A DNA stretch of 64,000 nt from Spizellomyces punctatus DAOM BR117 (lineage: Eukaryota). The stretch lies in NCBI GenBank assembly GCA_000182565.2, contig KQ257461.1; one strand, written 5' to 3'. Both the position numbers and the translations under genes were made by a program. Below, one piece after another: positions 1 to 12,417 of the stretch (its first letter is position 1; every line of letters begins with the position of its first letter). The notes beneath the pieces were generated by a model. That model was not told the origin of the DNA, did not search any database, and saw only the letters and a list, made by a program, of their open reading frames with translations.

Positions 1-270
1 AAGATGGCAGTCCCTCTATCCGCGGCCCACTTCAGCAGCTCTGCCAACAATGGCGATCCGAACATTGATTACAGCGACGGAAAGCCGATTCCTATTCCAA
101 GGAATGACCACCTTACGGTGTGGGACCCGAGTGAAGCGTCTCACCTATTATTTGGCACCAACGGTGCGGGAGCGCCATTGTTAGGCAAACGAAAGGAGAG
201 GTCCGGGAGTCAGTCTCCCATCGACTCTCGCAAGGCAAGGAGAGCGCTGGAAGGCTCTGCAAGCAGTTAG
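1..270 (+). CDS. 3' end of an unidentified gene, truncated by the window edge
   Basis: Frame is open from the window edge to TAG at 268-270; basic NLS-like tail (GKRKER...RKARR); AT-rich sequence follows. Confidence 0.45.
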   Translation, partial: KMAVPLSAAHFSSSANNGDPNIDYSDGKPIPIPRNDHLTVWDPSEASHLLFGTNGAGAPLLGKRKERSGSQSPIDSRKARRALEGSASS

Positions 271-1057
271 GAAAGTGATCCGTTCGATGACGAGCGGATG
301 TCGAGGAGAGTAATGCTCTCGAATATTCAAATGTATTTAATATTAATTCCAGGTCGATTACTGTTACCAAACTCTCACTCTCCCTCGCTCTTGTAAGCCA
401 AAGCTCTTAGGAGGTGCCTTTGAATTACAGCGACAGAGAAATAACATTCTGGTGATCGTTGCGTTATCTCTCATTGTTGAGCAGTTGTATGGGTACTCTC
501 CACAAAAGAACGCCGGCAGGTTCTGATGAACATAGTTTGGTCTTGGTAAAAAAGGGCAGCAAAAAAATGCATGTAGATCATGATGAACATTGTTTGCTCT
601 GATTCATCCTATTCGTCGTTTGGTCCGAGTCGTCCGTGGCAGTTGGCGCTAAAATTCAAAGAAAGCCGGTAGATCACTAATCAACATCTTTTGGTCCTGG
701 TAAGTCATACGGATGTAAAATTCTTTTGGGGCCCCGTATGTCCCATATCATATTGCCAAGGGTCCTGTATGTATTCTTATTAGACATTATTAGATAAAAG
801 AGCCTTCAAAAGTTGGATATAAAAATAAACCTTAAAGGTGACCCACAGCCGTTTTTGTTAAATTTGAACTACTACTTGCAGAGCCGCTTTTAATTATAAT
901 GGGGACTTTGAGTTGGGGCGCGTTTTGCTTCTGATATCTAGATCGGTTTCAAGGTTACTTATCACTTTGTAGTAAGTTTTCTATCGTCCATGCGCAATAT
1001 AAAAGAGAGGGAAGCCGACAATTCGCATCGCTTGGTCAAAGACATTTGATTTACAGA

Positions 1058-2342
1058 ATGACCTTCATTACTTTATTGTATGCTCTGGCCATCTTACCAT
1101 CTCTCTATGCGGCACCTACTCTTCTTCGTCGGGCGGATAACCCTATACTTCCAGAACAAACACTCGTTAAGTTGACTGTCAGTCTCTCACTTGCTTTTAT
1201 CCAATATACCAATCTAATTTTATCCCACTAGACCCTTCTCGATAACGTTGCCTCCACGACTGATAATACATCCTGGACTGTAAATGTCTATGGATATTTG
1301 ACCACGAGCCTGGCCAACTCCCCCATCAAAGACATTATCTCCCTCTTCTCACTTAATCCCAATGCAGAGGATCTTACGCGGCTAGAGGAACGCATTAAAC
1401 TGTTTAGTGTCATTGGCGTTCAGAAGCAGCCGATCACCGTCCAACTGCCCGCGTTCGCTAAAGCAGCTGGACAGCAAACAGTGACCTTGGAACCAACATC
1501 TGTGGCCGGTGAAATCAACACGACATTCACAATCACAGCCGATGTAGCCGGGAAGCCCGATGCCACTTTAGATTATAAAGCGGTGCTTGACCCTTCTGAC
1601 AAGCGTGACGTTGGTGGGCGCGCATTCCTTGTGCCTAGCGAAGGGTACTCTATTATTTCGGATATTGATGTAGGTCGCCGTCTACTCCATGAGAAAGGTT
1701 GTGCACACAAACTGAAAACCATTTTGATTATGCATCCAGGATACCATCAAAATCAGTGAAGTCAACGACAAAAAAAAGCTGTTGGACAATACGTTCCTAA
1801 AACCATTCACTCCTGTTCCTCAGATGTCTGACCTCTACAACAAATTGGCGAGTGGGCTTCGCGAGACCAACCAGAACCCGGCCTTCCACTACCTCAGTGG
1901 ATCCCCGTGGAATCTTTTTAGACCTCTCCTGAACTTTACTCAAGAGTTCAAATTTCCTCCCGGCCAGTTCATTTTGCGTGACTTGGCAGTTCTGGACGGG
2001 TCCTTTATTGACTTTTTGACCCAAAGCAAGACTTACAAACTTGAGCGAATTGAGCTTCTCCTCAGATCATTCCCAAATCGGAAGCTGATCATGTTTGGTG
2101 ACTCGACGGAGGCGGATCCCGAAATTTACGGCGAGGTAGCTCGTCGGTTTCCCAACAACGTATCGTGCATCTCTATTCGCCGCGTTACCGGCGTCAATGC
2201 TGGGAAAGAAAAGACGCAATTAGCTGACGACCGATTTGAAAAGGCTTTCGCTAATGTTGACAAAAGCAAGTGGCGCACCTTTGCAGATGCGACGGAGATC
2301 TCCGCCGACTCCCTTGCCAAGGGCCTATGCCAAAATGCTTAA
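1058..2342 (+). CDS. App1-family phosphatidate phosphatase (HAD-like, DUF2183) with a signal peptide; 3 exons
   Basis: Splicing across intron 1670-1739 gives IISDID|DTIK (DxDxT motif). Also HYLSGSPWNL and FGDSTEADPEIY motifs, and a hydrophobic N-terminus MTFITLLYALAILPSLYA. Confidence 0.85.
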
Positions 2343-2584
2343 GCACTCCTTTTTTGCTATATGGAACCTGATTTTGTATTTTTTTTTGTTGATCAAAACT
2401 AGACTAGGCTTGTCCTGCGTCTTGCTTATTGTAGATATTTTATTGTTTTAGATAGAGTTGTAGAATAATAGATATTTGCACACACTTTGCGTTTTGACGG
2501 AATGATCTATAGGTATTATGTCAGCAGATCTCCGATCACTTTGGGTTGGGGTCTACAGACAACGACCGGTAAAGCAACCACAAC

Positions 2585-3969
2585 ATGGAAAACGAACAGC
2601 AGTATATCAGCGACTCCAGCAACACTTACAATGAATCAGTCACTTACATCTCGTCGGATCTCCAGGCTGATGAAGATTCACTCGAATTTCTCGACTCGTT
2701 GGGTAATGAAATGGTGCGCATCCGCTCGTTAACCAAACTCTGAAAAGTCCTATTCTCACCACAGGAACCGAGATCAACCCACTTTTCTTTCACAAACAAG
2801 AGCTGCCCATTCGCAGTTTGGCTAGTCAATCCGTAGCAGGACATGTCAGCGTTGAGCTCATTGAAGGAAGTTTCCGTGACACTCCATGCTACTTTCTCTC
2901 GATCTCGTCGCATTTTCAGCCTGAGCCTAGCGTATCATATAAGCAAAGTGTGGCTAGTTACATAAGTCCCAACATGCGCACTTTGATGCAATCGGTTTAT
3001 CATGTTGTTGAGGGGCCTGATGGAACAACCGAGAAGGTGCAGGAAATGATATTTGATGATGAAGATGGGCAGATGATTATTACCGAAAGTGAGGGCGGAG
3101 TCGAGAGTCAAAAATTTAGGATTGAAAGTAACCATGCGAGAAGTCTGCTCACGGAGGGTAAGTCGAACAATTCTCTGCTGCCTCGATTATTTCATCTTAT
3201 GCGGTCCGAAACTTAGGCTCTGTCTGGGTGCTCACTCGTATCCTTGCCCACAAACCACAACCAAAACCTTTGCCATTTTTCACACTTTCTCAAAATACGT
3301 TGGAAAAAACAACTTATTCGATTCAATCCACCCATGACGCTGAAAGCATCATCACCGTTTCGCCTTACATTCCCCCGTCAATAAGTTTTGACTCGCTTCG
3401 CTCCGATACTCAGTCAGAGGAGGAAGCAGCCAGTACTCCGAAACAAAATGGAGATGCACTAGCTTGCTTGTTTGATCCTTCTTGCAGTAAAACGATTGCG
3501 CTTACATCCACTGGCGCATGCAGCTGTATCCGACCGCACAACTCACCGTACGTGATACAAGTAATAGAGGAAGCGCGAACATCCACACAACAGAAAGGTA
3601 AGTCATTCTGCATTTTACGTTGACACGATGATCCTCGTTAACTGGGTGCTACCCTCATTCTGCGTTTTAGATGACGAACCAATGCAGGACCCGTTTGCGA
3701 CTCGTGATTTTGGTGGCAACATAGAGCTACAATCGGAATATGCCGAAAGAAAGGTAGGCACGCCTTAACCATCCTATATGATAGTGAAGGTCGGAATCTG
3801 ACAAATGTTCTCTATCTTGATATTGCAGAGGGAACTCAAAACATTTCAGGAAGGATATATTGCCCAACAACCAGATTTAGGTGATATCATGGCTGATTAT
3901 CTTCAGCTCGTTTTGCATCGAAAGCCTCAGGATGTGTACAGCTTCACAATAGAATATTTCAGTATCTGA
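2585..3969 (+). CDS. CATIP: CATIP-like ciliogenesis protein with C-terminal RIIa/DD-like domain; multi-exon
   Basis: ADEDSLEFLDSL, GHVSVELIEG...SYISPNM, SLLTEGSVWVLTRILA, and terminal DIMADYLQLVLHRKPQDVYSFTIEYF resemble CATIP/C2orf62. Confidence 0.7.
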
Positions 3970-4120
3970 TGTCAGATGATATGTTGTAAAAACAGATTGG
4001 ACCAGTGAATGCTTAATAATAAGTCTAATAGTGATGTCGACGAATAATTTCGCTCTATCATCATTACGGTTCAATAACTAATAATATAACAAGATTATCT
4101 ATATCGCATTTCGTCGCTAA

Positions 4121-5113
4121 TTAGGCGGTACGAGAGGCTCCTTTCTTGGGATTCACTTCAGAGGTTGCAGGCACCTCCCCCTTAAAAAACAAAACGAGAA
4201 TTCTTCAGTTTAACATATTCGTTAATGGGATTTACGCGCAAAGGACTCACTTCAATCTTCTCTAGTTCACTCACTCGCGTGGCTGGAAGTGTCAATTTGA
4301 CACCAAAATACGATAGCAAGTTGCCAGTTGTTCGAGCAATCCTGAGAAGCCGAAACATTACAATCGTATGATTTCGCTCTACCGTCAAGCTCATACTCAC
4401 GCAGGAATGATATTCCAGAGACCCAAATTATCGCCTAGTTTATAGGTTGTGGTCCAAACTTGCATTGCAATCTTACGATAGGTCGTATCATAGATTGGTC
4501 CGATGAAAGGCGTGTATTGGATGAAGCTTGTAGGAATGTGAACATCTGTGCCAATTCCCTGTCGTGGTCAGTAGGCTAGGACTGCAAATGATAGGACAAC
4601 GGGACATACCTCTATGATAGTAAATCTTCTTTCCTTGTGGAGTTTCCTGCACATCGGCGTTAGCGAATCGTGTTGGCTTTTAGCGCGCTTTAGAGCGCGT
4701 CCGATTCTCTGAGCTCACCCTCCACTTTACAACAGACAACAAGCGGACTTTGAGAGGAACAACACCACCCAAGGCTTTAGGATAAAAGTTTTGAGCGAAT
4801 TCCAGTATCGCAGTGGAATCCTTTTCGTTGAACGTCAGATTGAACAATTCCGGCGTCAGGATGGCGTTGTAACCCGTCCACATTTCAAAGACCCTCCACA
4901 TTTCCTCTCGCCCGTTGGCGATGAGATATGGATGAATCATTACAACATCCTGAGCGGAAAAAAAAGGTCAAGATTCTTCCCGTCAGCATTCTAGAAGGCA
5001 TGCATTTCCCTCACCTCTGTATAATATGTTTCCAAAGTCTTCCTCGCAAGCGATTGGTCTGTAGTGACCATTCCATTGAGGAGACGGCGCAGGTCTCTGT
5101 CGAGGTCTTGCAT
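4121..5113 (-). CDS. Fungal NTF2/SnoaL-like (SigF-like) domain protein; about 6 exons
   Basis: Spliced reading MQDLDRDLRRLL...LETYYTE|DVVMIHPYLIANGREEMWRVFEMW...KIYYHR|DVHIPTSFIQYTPFIG...ASRTA*, with all junctions GT-AG and in frame. Confidence 0.6.
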
Positions 5114-5292
5114 TATGGAGTATGCAAAGGGAGGAGGCTGTCAAAAGTAAAGAAAGATGGCTGCTGTCGGACTATCGTAAAAGGACAGATCCAACTGCTT
5201 ATGCACTCGGCGAGATTCGAACCCACGGTGATACACATTCACATGGAAAAGAACAGACTGCGCGATCTTGAGCTTTGTGTCGTCAAAAAACA

Positions 5293-6529
5293 ATGCCAAA
5301 GACAGAATTCAAAAAGGAATCGTCGTCGACTGGGACGACCTACTTTCAGGTCCCTTTGTCTAAACATCCAACAAACTCTGCCAGTACTGCTGAGACTGAA
5401 AACAATGCATCAATTTCCAAAGTCTTCCGAAAGGATGCCTCCGGGCTTACGGCCTATCAAGTAAAGTATGAGACCTTTAGTGGCAGTTAAGAGCATGCCC
5501 TGCCATTCCGTCTTTAGCGGAGATAGTCATTTCCTATTATGTTTTCTTTCCGCTCGATTATCAATATTTCCAGCGGCACAAGAAAATGATGGGCGATTAC
5601 TTGTCATTCTACGGCGCCGGGGTTGCGGACGTACTCGAGAAGCGCAGATCCTCCTCGTACATTGTGGGAAAAACCGAGTTGGATATACTGAAGGAGCAAC
5701 ATCGGTAAATAGCCTGAACTGCTCCAAAAATCAAAAGGGGGGGATACATGCGATCTTCCCCTCTAGCTTAGATTATATCTCATGTACTCTTTCATTTCCT
5801 TGACAGATTTCTACGAAGCGAAGAGGATGATGCTGATAACAGCTGGGAATCGCGAGTGGCCAAAAAGTACTACGATAGGCTCTTTAAAGAATACTGTTTA
5901 GCAAACCTGTCCCGTTACAAAACTGGACAAATCGCTCTTCGCTGGCGGACACAAAAAGAGGTGGTGAATGGGCAAGGCCAATTCGTCTGCGGGAATCTGG
6001 AGTGCTCCGCTACGGAAGATTTACGATCATGGGAAGTGAACTTTGCATATGTCGAAGGCGGGGAAAGAAAAAATGCATTGGTGAAATTGAGGCTGTGTCC
6101 GACATGCTCTTACAAGCTGAATTACAAGAAGATTAAAGCGGCCGAAAAGGCGGAAAAGGAGGACAAAAAGCGGAAGCGGAAAGAAAAGAGGTCAGAACGG
6201 AAGAGGCGAAAATCTGGAGAAGAAGAGCAATCTTTTCCATCACCTGGCGAAGATGACCAGGATGTTGACAAGCCATATAGCGATCGTGAAACTGATAGCG
6301 GAGAACAATCACCCAGCGAAGAGAATAAAGGTATGCTATCCCTTACGCAAATTCAAGACGCTCTCATGTTGAACCACTTTCAGATGAACCCTCAGTATCG
6401 AAAGAGGTTAAGGATCAGTATTCAAGAGACGAGATATCACGGATTTGGAGCGCTCCTCAACCTGAAGCGCTAGAGGGCGAGTCCAAGGAGGATGAGATTG
6501 AGGCGTATTTTGCTGACCTGTTTCAATGA
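5293..6529 (+). CDS. FRA10AC1: FRA10AC1 spliceosome-associated protein
   Basis: AKKYYDRLFKEYCLANLSRYKTGQIALRWRT, GQFVCGNLEC, LRSWEVNFAYVEGGERKNALVKLRLCPTCSYKLNY, and C-terminal EAYFADLFQ*. Confidence 0.93.
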
Positions 6530-7063
6530 GGAACTTGGAGGGTGACCTTTTTGGTTCCTTGACTCGGTCCAATCTTCCGTACTCGCTTCCCAAACATGTC
6601 TGTAATCCTGCTTTTGGTTTCCGGATGACAAGTACCGAGTTTCTTGGGATCATCCGGGCGCAAGACTCTCTCATATCCTATTGATTGGATAACTATAACC
6701 ATGCTCTTGGTGGACACACAATTGCCTCGGTGAAGATTTCGACTTTTTGGCCATTATGGCCCAAATATGCCGTTTTTAAGGCGATAATTGAACAAAACGT
6801 GCCTGACGCTTCTAATTATATTGCAAAATAGGATCATAGCTAGTATATAACAAATTAGCCTGCGTGAGTTTTGCTAGGTAGAGTCAATGGCTTGATAATG
6901 GCAAGGAGGTCGACTTTATCAGACGACGATGCTATTAGATCCATGCCATGTACTCTGTGCAATTATATTGTTATTAAGATGCTGGCAAATATGAGGATAC
7001 GGAATCATATGACTCCCATAATTGAAGAATCTACAAAAAAAAAAAAAAGTTTAACATTGTCCC

Positions 7064-9375
7064 TCAGATCGGATATCCATATCGATTGCATACCTGTCGT
7101 TGAGAATCTACAAAGCAGACTAAAAAATCACGCATCGATGTCACAAAATCATCATTCATCTCCATATCGAATCTTTCCAGCTCCTTTCTCAGCAATTCTG
7201 ATATATCATAAAACTCGTTCTGCGTGACGTGTGCCTGATGGTCCAACTTGTAATTTTACAATTCATTAGACGTGGTTGCAATGAATTCAATCGATTGATA
7301 ATCTTGTAAACTACCTCATCAATCTCCGATATAGTCGTTGCAATCTTATCCGAGCGGGTGGTTCTTGCAGCATGCAGCTTCTCAAGTGTATCTCGCTTCT
7401 TTTGAAGCGCATTTTCTATTGATTGCCAGTTTTGGTACGCGCGTGCACGGCTATTGAATGCAAGCTACAGAGCAACATTTAGTAGAGTCGATAAAGACAT
7501 TAAATGCTTGAACATGTTCCCTACATCAACAGAAGCGACGACGCGTATATAGTACTCAACATTCGTAGTAAGAGAGGCTATATCGTGCTTTGACTGTTCA
7601 TTAAGGTATGGTATGTTTGAATGCGGAAGACCAATGTAAAGATACACAAACTGGTGTACCCACCTGCTTCTCTCGCAGGTCCGTGACTTGCTTATGGAGG
7701 TCACCGAGAACAGTAAGGTCACGCGAAAGCGGTTTATTTACATCTACGTTTGCTAGGGATTGGATACTGTCACCCAGTTCATGGGTTGCACTGGCGAGAT
7801 CTTTGCAAAAGTCAGAAGCTGGACATGTGTTTTGGAATGGGTATACTGTTCTCACCGGTTTGCAACCTCTGCCACTCCTCCAGCGCTTTCGACAAGGCGC
7901 GAAGTTGTGGTCCAAATGCATCGATACGTACGCGTCGTCGCTCCAGTTCCTGATGGTGTTTTATGGGGAGAGACGTGTTACATGCGGCAGGAAAAGAAAT
8001 GAAGATGTAGATAACAGCCTACAAACCTGGTCACTTTCCACCATCTTTGCTGAGCCGCCGCCAAAAACACCCATAAAACCTTTTGATTCAACCTTTTTTT
8101 TCTATAGAAATGGAGTTGCCACTTAGCCAACAGCTCCATCGGTGACAACTGTCATGTCAAATGTGTTCGCCAACTCACATCCGCAAAAAAGGTTTCCGAC
8201 TCCAAAAATGCTATTAAATCTTCGTCGCTCTGCAGTTTTGGGTGACATGTTACTTTTCGCAGAAACTGCTCCAAGGCCGACCGCCGATTTTCTACAAAAT
8301 CTTCCCGGAATCGGCCTGTTCACGACGTCAACATAGTGCTGATGGTGGGCGTGGTCGTACAGTCATACCTATAGCCTGTTTCTCGGGCACTACACCATCG
8401 TTCATTGGTTCTGACATAGACAGTGTACAGTATCAACAAAAGCCTTACCGGGAGGTATTATTATCCCAGGATGTCGATCCGCCAGTTGATTGAAGAGCCA
8501 TAGAAAGTCTCGAAACCGCCGGCTGACCGAGAACTCCACGTTTCGAAAGAACGGCGAATTCGTCTGACCACCGGAAGCAAGAAAGCGTATCGGTCACCAT
8601 ATTCTCGGCTTGGACAATGCAACCGCGTTTACCTGTGTTTTAACTTGATACACCACGTATGCTCCCATTGCTTGATTTATTTTCTGTGGGTCTGTTACAG
8701 AGCATTGTATGCTATATGGAGTGCTTTCCCGAACCGGGGGGGCTGTCTTCAAGAATATGTTAGAAAAGAAGTACTTGGTAAATTATAAACCCTTAGCTTA
8801 CCGGTGATGCAGGAGTGCTGGAAGCCTTCAATATAACGAACCCATCAGAAATTCAAAAATGTACAGTCCGCACAGAGTTGTCAATTAATTACCTCGGCTG
8901 GCGTGCCTGATGCAACCGGTGCCACCCGTCTCTTGAGACTTCGTGTATGGGTGCCCATCTTTGTCTCAGCCGCTATATCCATACGTGTCAATGGGTCATC
9001 AATGACAGTAGTGGTCAGAACCCCATTTTGCGGACGACTAGGGGAACAGTAACCATCGTCGCTTTCCTCATCGGATTCGGATTTGATCGATGGCGGACAT
9101 GGAACAATAGAAGCATTATCAGCAGCGTTGGAGTAGGTAGTAAACCCAGGATCCCTGATGGCGGTATCCCCAAAATGTACTCCAACGTAGCTCTGGAATG
9201 GAGGGGAAAGCTGGGGAGTGATCTCGGCTGGAACTTGGGGAGCGGGAGTATCAATGTGTTTTGGTTCTTCGGTTTCAGGAGCCGGTACTTCGGGAGTGGA
9301 TGATAGTGAAGAATTGCTACCAAATGTAGGCGTATCTGCCCATACGTGTGAGTGTGATAAAGGATCGTCATCCAT
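7064..9375 (-). CDS. VPS5: Retromer sorting nexin (PX-BAR), Vps5/SNX1-like; many exons
   Basis: PX domain (VTDPQKINQAMGAYVVY, RRFRDFLW, PEKQAIG, RRSAVSRFLEK) and BAR C-terminus FYDISELLRKELERFD. Confidence 0.85.
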
Positions 9376-9668
9376 TTTTGCAAAGCCTATGTAGATCGCT
9401 TCTCAGCTGGGCAATCAGATGAACACGCCGTTCGCCGATGGTGACACACTCTATCGATTGCGTAAGCCATGTGGCTTGGACTACATGCGAATATCAACAG
9501 ATGAGGTTAACTATAGGATTGCGATTCCAGTTTGAAATAAGATACGTTCTAATACAGATATCTAGTCAAGAAAATCGGATATGAAATTATCCAAGAAATA
9601 CATAAGGTCCATCGTCCAATAAATTGGCCCACTAAAGGATGCAAGTTCTTTTTTGCTTTCCTATGATG

Positions 9669-11475
9669 CTATTCACAATCATTCTGGAACGACCCCATCG
9701 TTGGCCCTTCAGTCCCAGGAACCCTTGACTGGATAAATGGCCTTGACAAGGTACTCTCCAGTGGTCTCGCTGCTGTGGCTGTAATGTCCATTGTGGTACT
9801 TACTCCTTTCATTGGCTTCGCCTTTGGCCATAATGACGCGGCTGACGGGTGTGTTGCAATCCTTTCTGACATTATCACACTGTCCAAAAATGAATTGTCA
9901 ATGTCAGAACAGAGAAATATACGGCATAATTGGCTACGTACTTGAATGCGGATACGACGTAAATGGGAGCCAGAAGGAGAGGGCTGGTGAAGATCCATAG
10001 GAAAGCAAAGGTAACGGATAACCACCGAGTAGTATGAATCTGAACTCGCCATGTCGCGTAGGAACCGACAACAACCGCAAAGCACGCCGTCAGGATGGCG
10101 ATGGCCATAATATTGATAACTACCTGCAATCCACAAGGGCTTTCGGGTCAGTCTGCTGCGAAATACAAATATATCGGTACTCTACGTACCCTTCGAATCG
10201 ATGCTTTCAAATGAGCATTCTGTCCAGCATCCTGCACATCCTCCATGTTTGCATTTAAAATTGACACCATCTTTGTTCCAAAATAGACCAATATCACAAG
10301 CGGTAAGACACAGCAGAACAGCCATTGATCTAATGTCACAAAGTCAATAACAACTCCAAAGGTAAGTCACAACACACAACAATTGAACTTACAATAGTGC
10401 AGCCGGTTAAAGATGACGGCGTTGGCATACTGTCCTGCGTCTCGCATGTGACCGTCCAAAATGGCGAACAACGGCAAAAGTATGCCTGGAACCAGAGCCA
10501 GCACGGTGTATATTACATTGATCGCCTGTGGACTTGGGAGACGAACTTTGGAAATGGTGAAGGTGTTACTGACGCTTCCTCGGTTGTTGAGGTACGTTTT
10601 TGGAACTGAGTAGATACTGAGAGTGAAGCAAACATCAGTCGACAGTAGCATTTCTGACATTAACAAAGAAAAACTTACATGCCAATGACGAATAAATTTC
10701 CTCCCCACAAAAGGAACTCCCATGGCCATTCATGCTACAGAGCCTTCTGGTGAGCACATTCGGAAATAGTGGGAGCTATAACAGTAGCGAACTTACTGAA
10801 AATTCGCCCAAGGCATGAGTAGGATATTCTCCAACGAGAATCTTGGTTGTGTGAATAAAGCGACCTTTTGAGATGAACCTCATCCAATGAGATTTTATCC
10901 TTTTAGAAATGGTGTAAGACTGTCCTTACCCAGAATGTGGATGGTTGTTCCGAATATAAGGGCCTCTACTGGTCGCGGTTTCAATCCTCCATCGACAACA
11001 TTCAGTAAACTCAACTTTTGCTTCCATAAGGCTTGATACACTTTTTTGTAGCAGAGCCAGGCACCCAAGACTGGATAAGAAAATGACATCAATGCCAAGA
11101 TCGTATGAGGAAACACTGCTAACACAGAAGTTTACCGAATAGGAGAGCGGTGAACACCGAGTGTGCTGTACTTGAAAAGGTAAGCCTTAAGTATTCATCA
11201 AAAACAATAAACCAGATCGTTACCTAAATAGAAACCCTGCCATATATTGCTGTCCGTACAGCCATGTATGCGCCCTATAACCAACAAAGAGAAAGTTTAG
11301 TTGGAGATCACGTACAAGTGGCAGATTTCGCTCCTCCTACATCTCCAATCACACCAGTCGGGACTGTACCACTAGAATCACCAGTTTAAAAAAGAATATA
11401 AGTACAGAAGGATTGCAAAGATGGATGTGTCGTCACATTGCTTACCAGCTCATAGTCTTGCGCTGTCTCCACCAT
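9669..11475 (-). CDS. Multi-pass (probably 7TM) membrane protein, receptor-like
   Basis: Spliced N-terminus MVETAQDYELWYSPDWCDWRWRIHGC, followed by about 7 hydrophobic segments across exons at 10895-11125, 10367-10620 and 9875-10340, then a polar tail. Confidence 0.65.
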
Positions 11476-12417
11476 TTTTTATGCAACAACGTTATTCAAA
11501 AGGGGGACGACGATAGCCACACTATTTAACCTTGAGTTGGGACAAAACAGGACTTTTAAAAGAAAATATATAGTCCCTCGATTTCGACCCATAGGTATTT
11601 TTAGGCTCATGTTGATGTTTTTTTACGGGTCATGGGTAATCAAACTATTACCCACGGGAGAGGGATACGACATTCCCGCATTATCGGCTCCAAATATTGT
11701 CCCGATTCATGTCTGTGAATGTCCATGGCTTTATGAATGGAAGAAAATCCTTTGAACTAGTTCTTTCAAAAAAAAAATCTATTCAGTCCCAAGACTTAGA
11801 TTTGCTATTGATGAACAGTATCCTATGATGGGTCCGCAAAGGTGGCATATGTGACATCCCTGGATATTGATGAATCCTTCTACCCCAGCCAGACTTCCGG
11901 GCAAATTTCTACTCCAACTGCTCAATTTCAAGGCCCATGGCGTGGTTCATGGCTAACAAATAACTTGCATACAGACAGCGTTGGAAAGCACAGTTGGAAA
12001 AGAACAGGAAATTTAGCGATGGGCTTGATATGCCACACAGAATCTAGTTGCCCAATTGTATACGCAAGACTATAGTGATGGTGGTCGTCCTATGTGGGTG
12101 GTTAGGATTGATTAGTTATTTGCCAGATTTAAGCAGGTTTTCTGCATAGCTGAGCGGGTATTATTGCATAACGTAGAAAACCTAAACACTCATACCCTTC
12201 CGGTGGGACCTCCTCAAATGGCATCCTCACCACTGACGTCACGTGATGCTCAGGTGATTGCATCTCAACGAGGGGGTGATGAGGCCATGAGCACCCGAAA
12301 GCGACACTGAACGATCTAATCTTGCCAGTTCCCCTCGGTAAAAACATCCGTTCGTCGACGTCCCACGGTTCCTAAATCCAAACCAAAACGCGCCGTATCT
12401 CTCATATTGCATCCAAC

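Noticed and set aside
516-703. CRISPR array
   Set aside because: Eukaryotic context, degenerate repeats, irregular spacing and no cas genes.
3238-3246. U12-type donor GTATCCTTG in the CATIP-like gene
   Set aside because: It lies inside conserved coding sequence (LTRILA).
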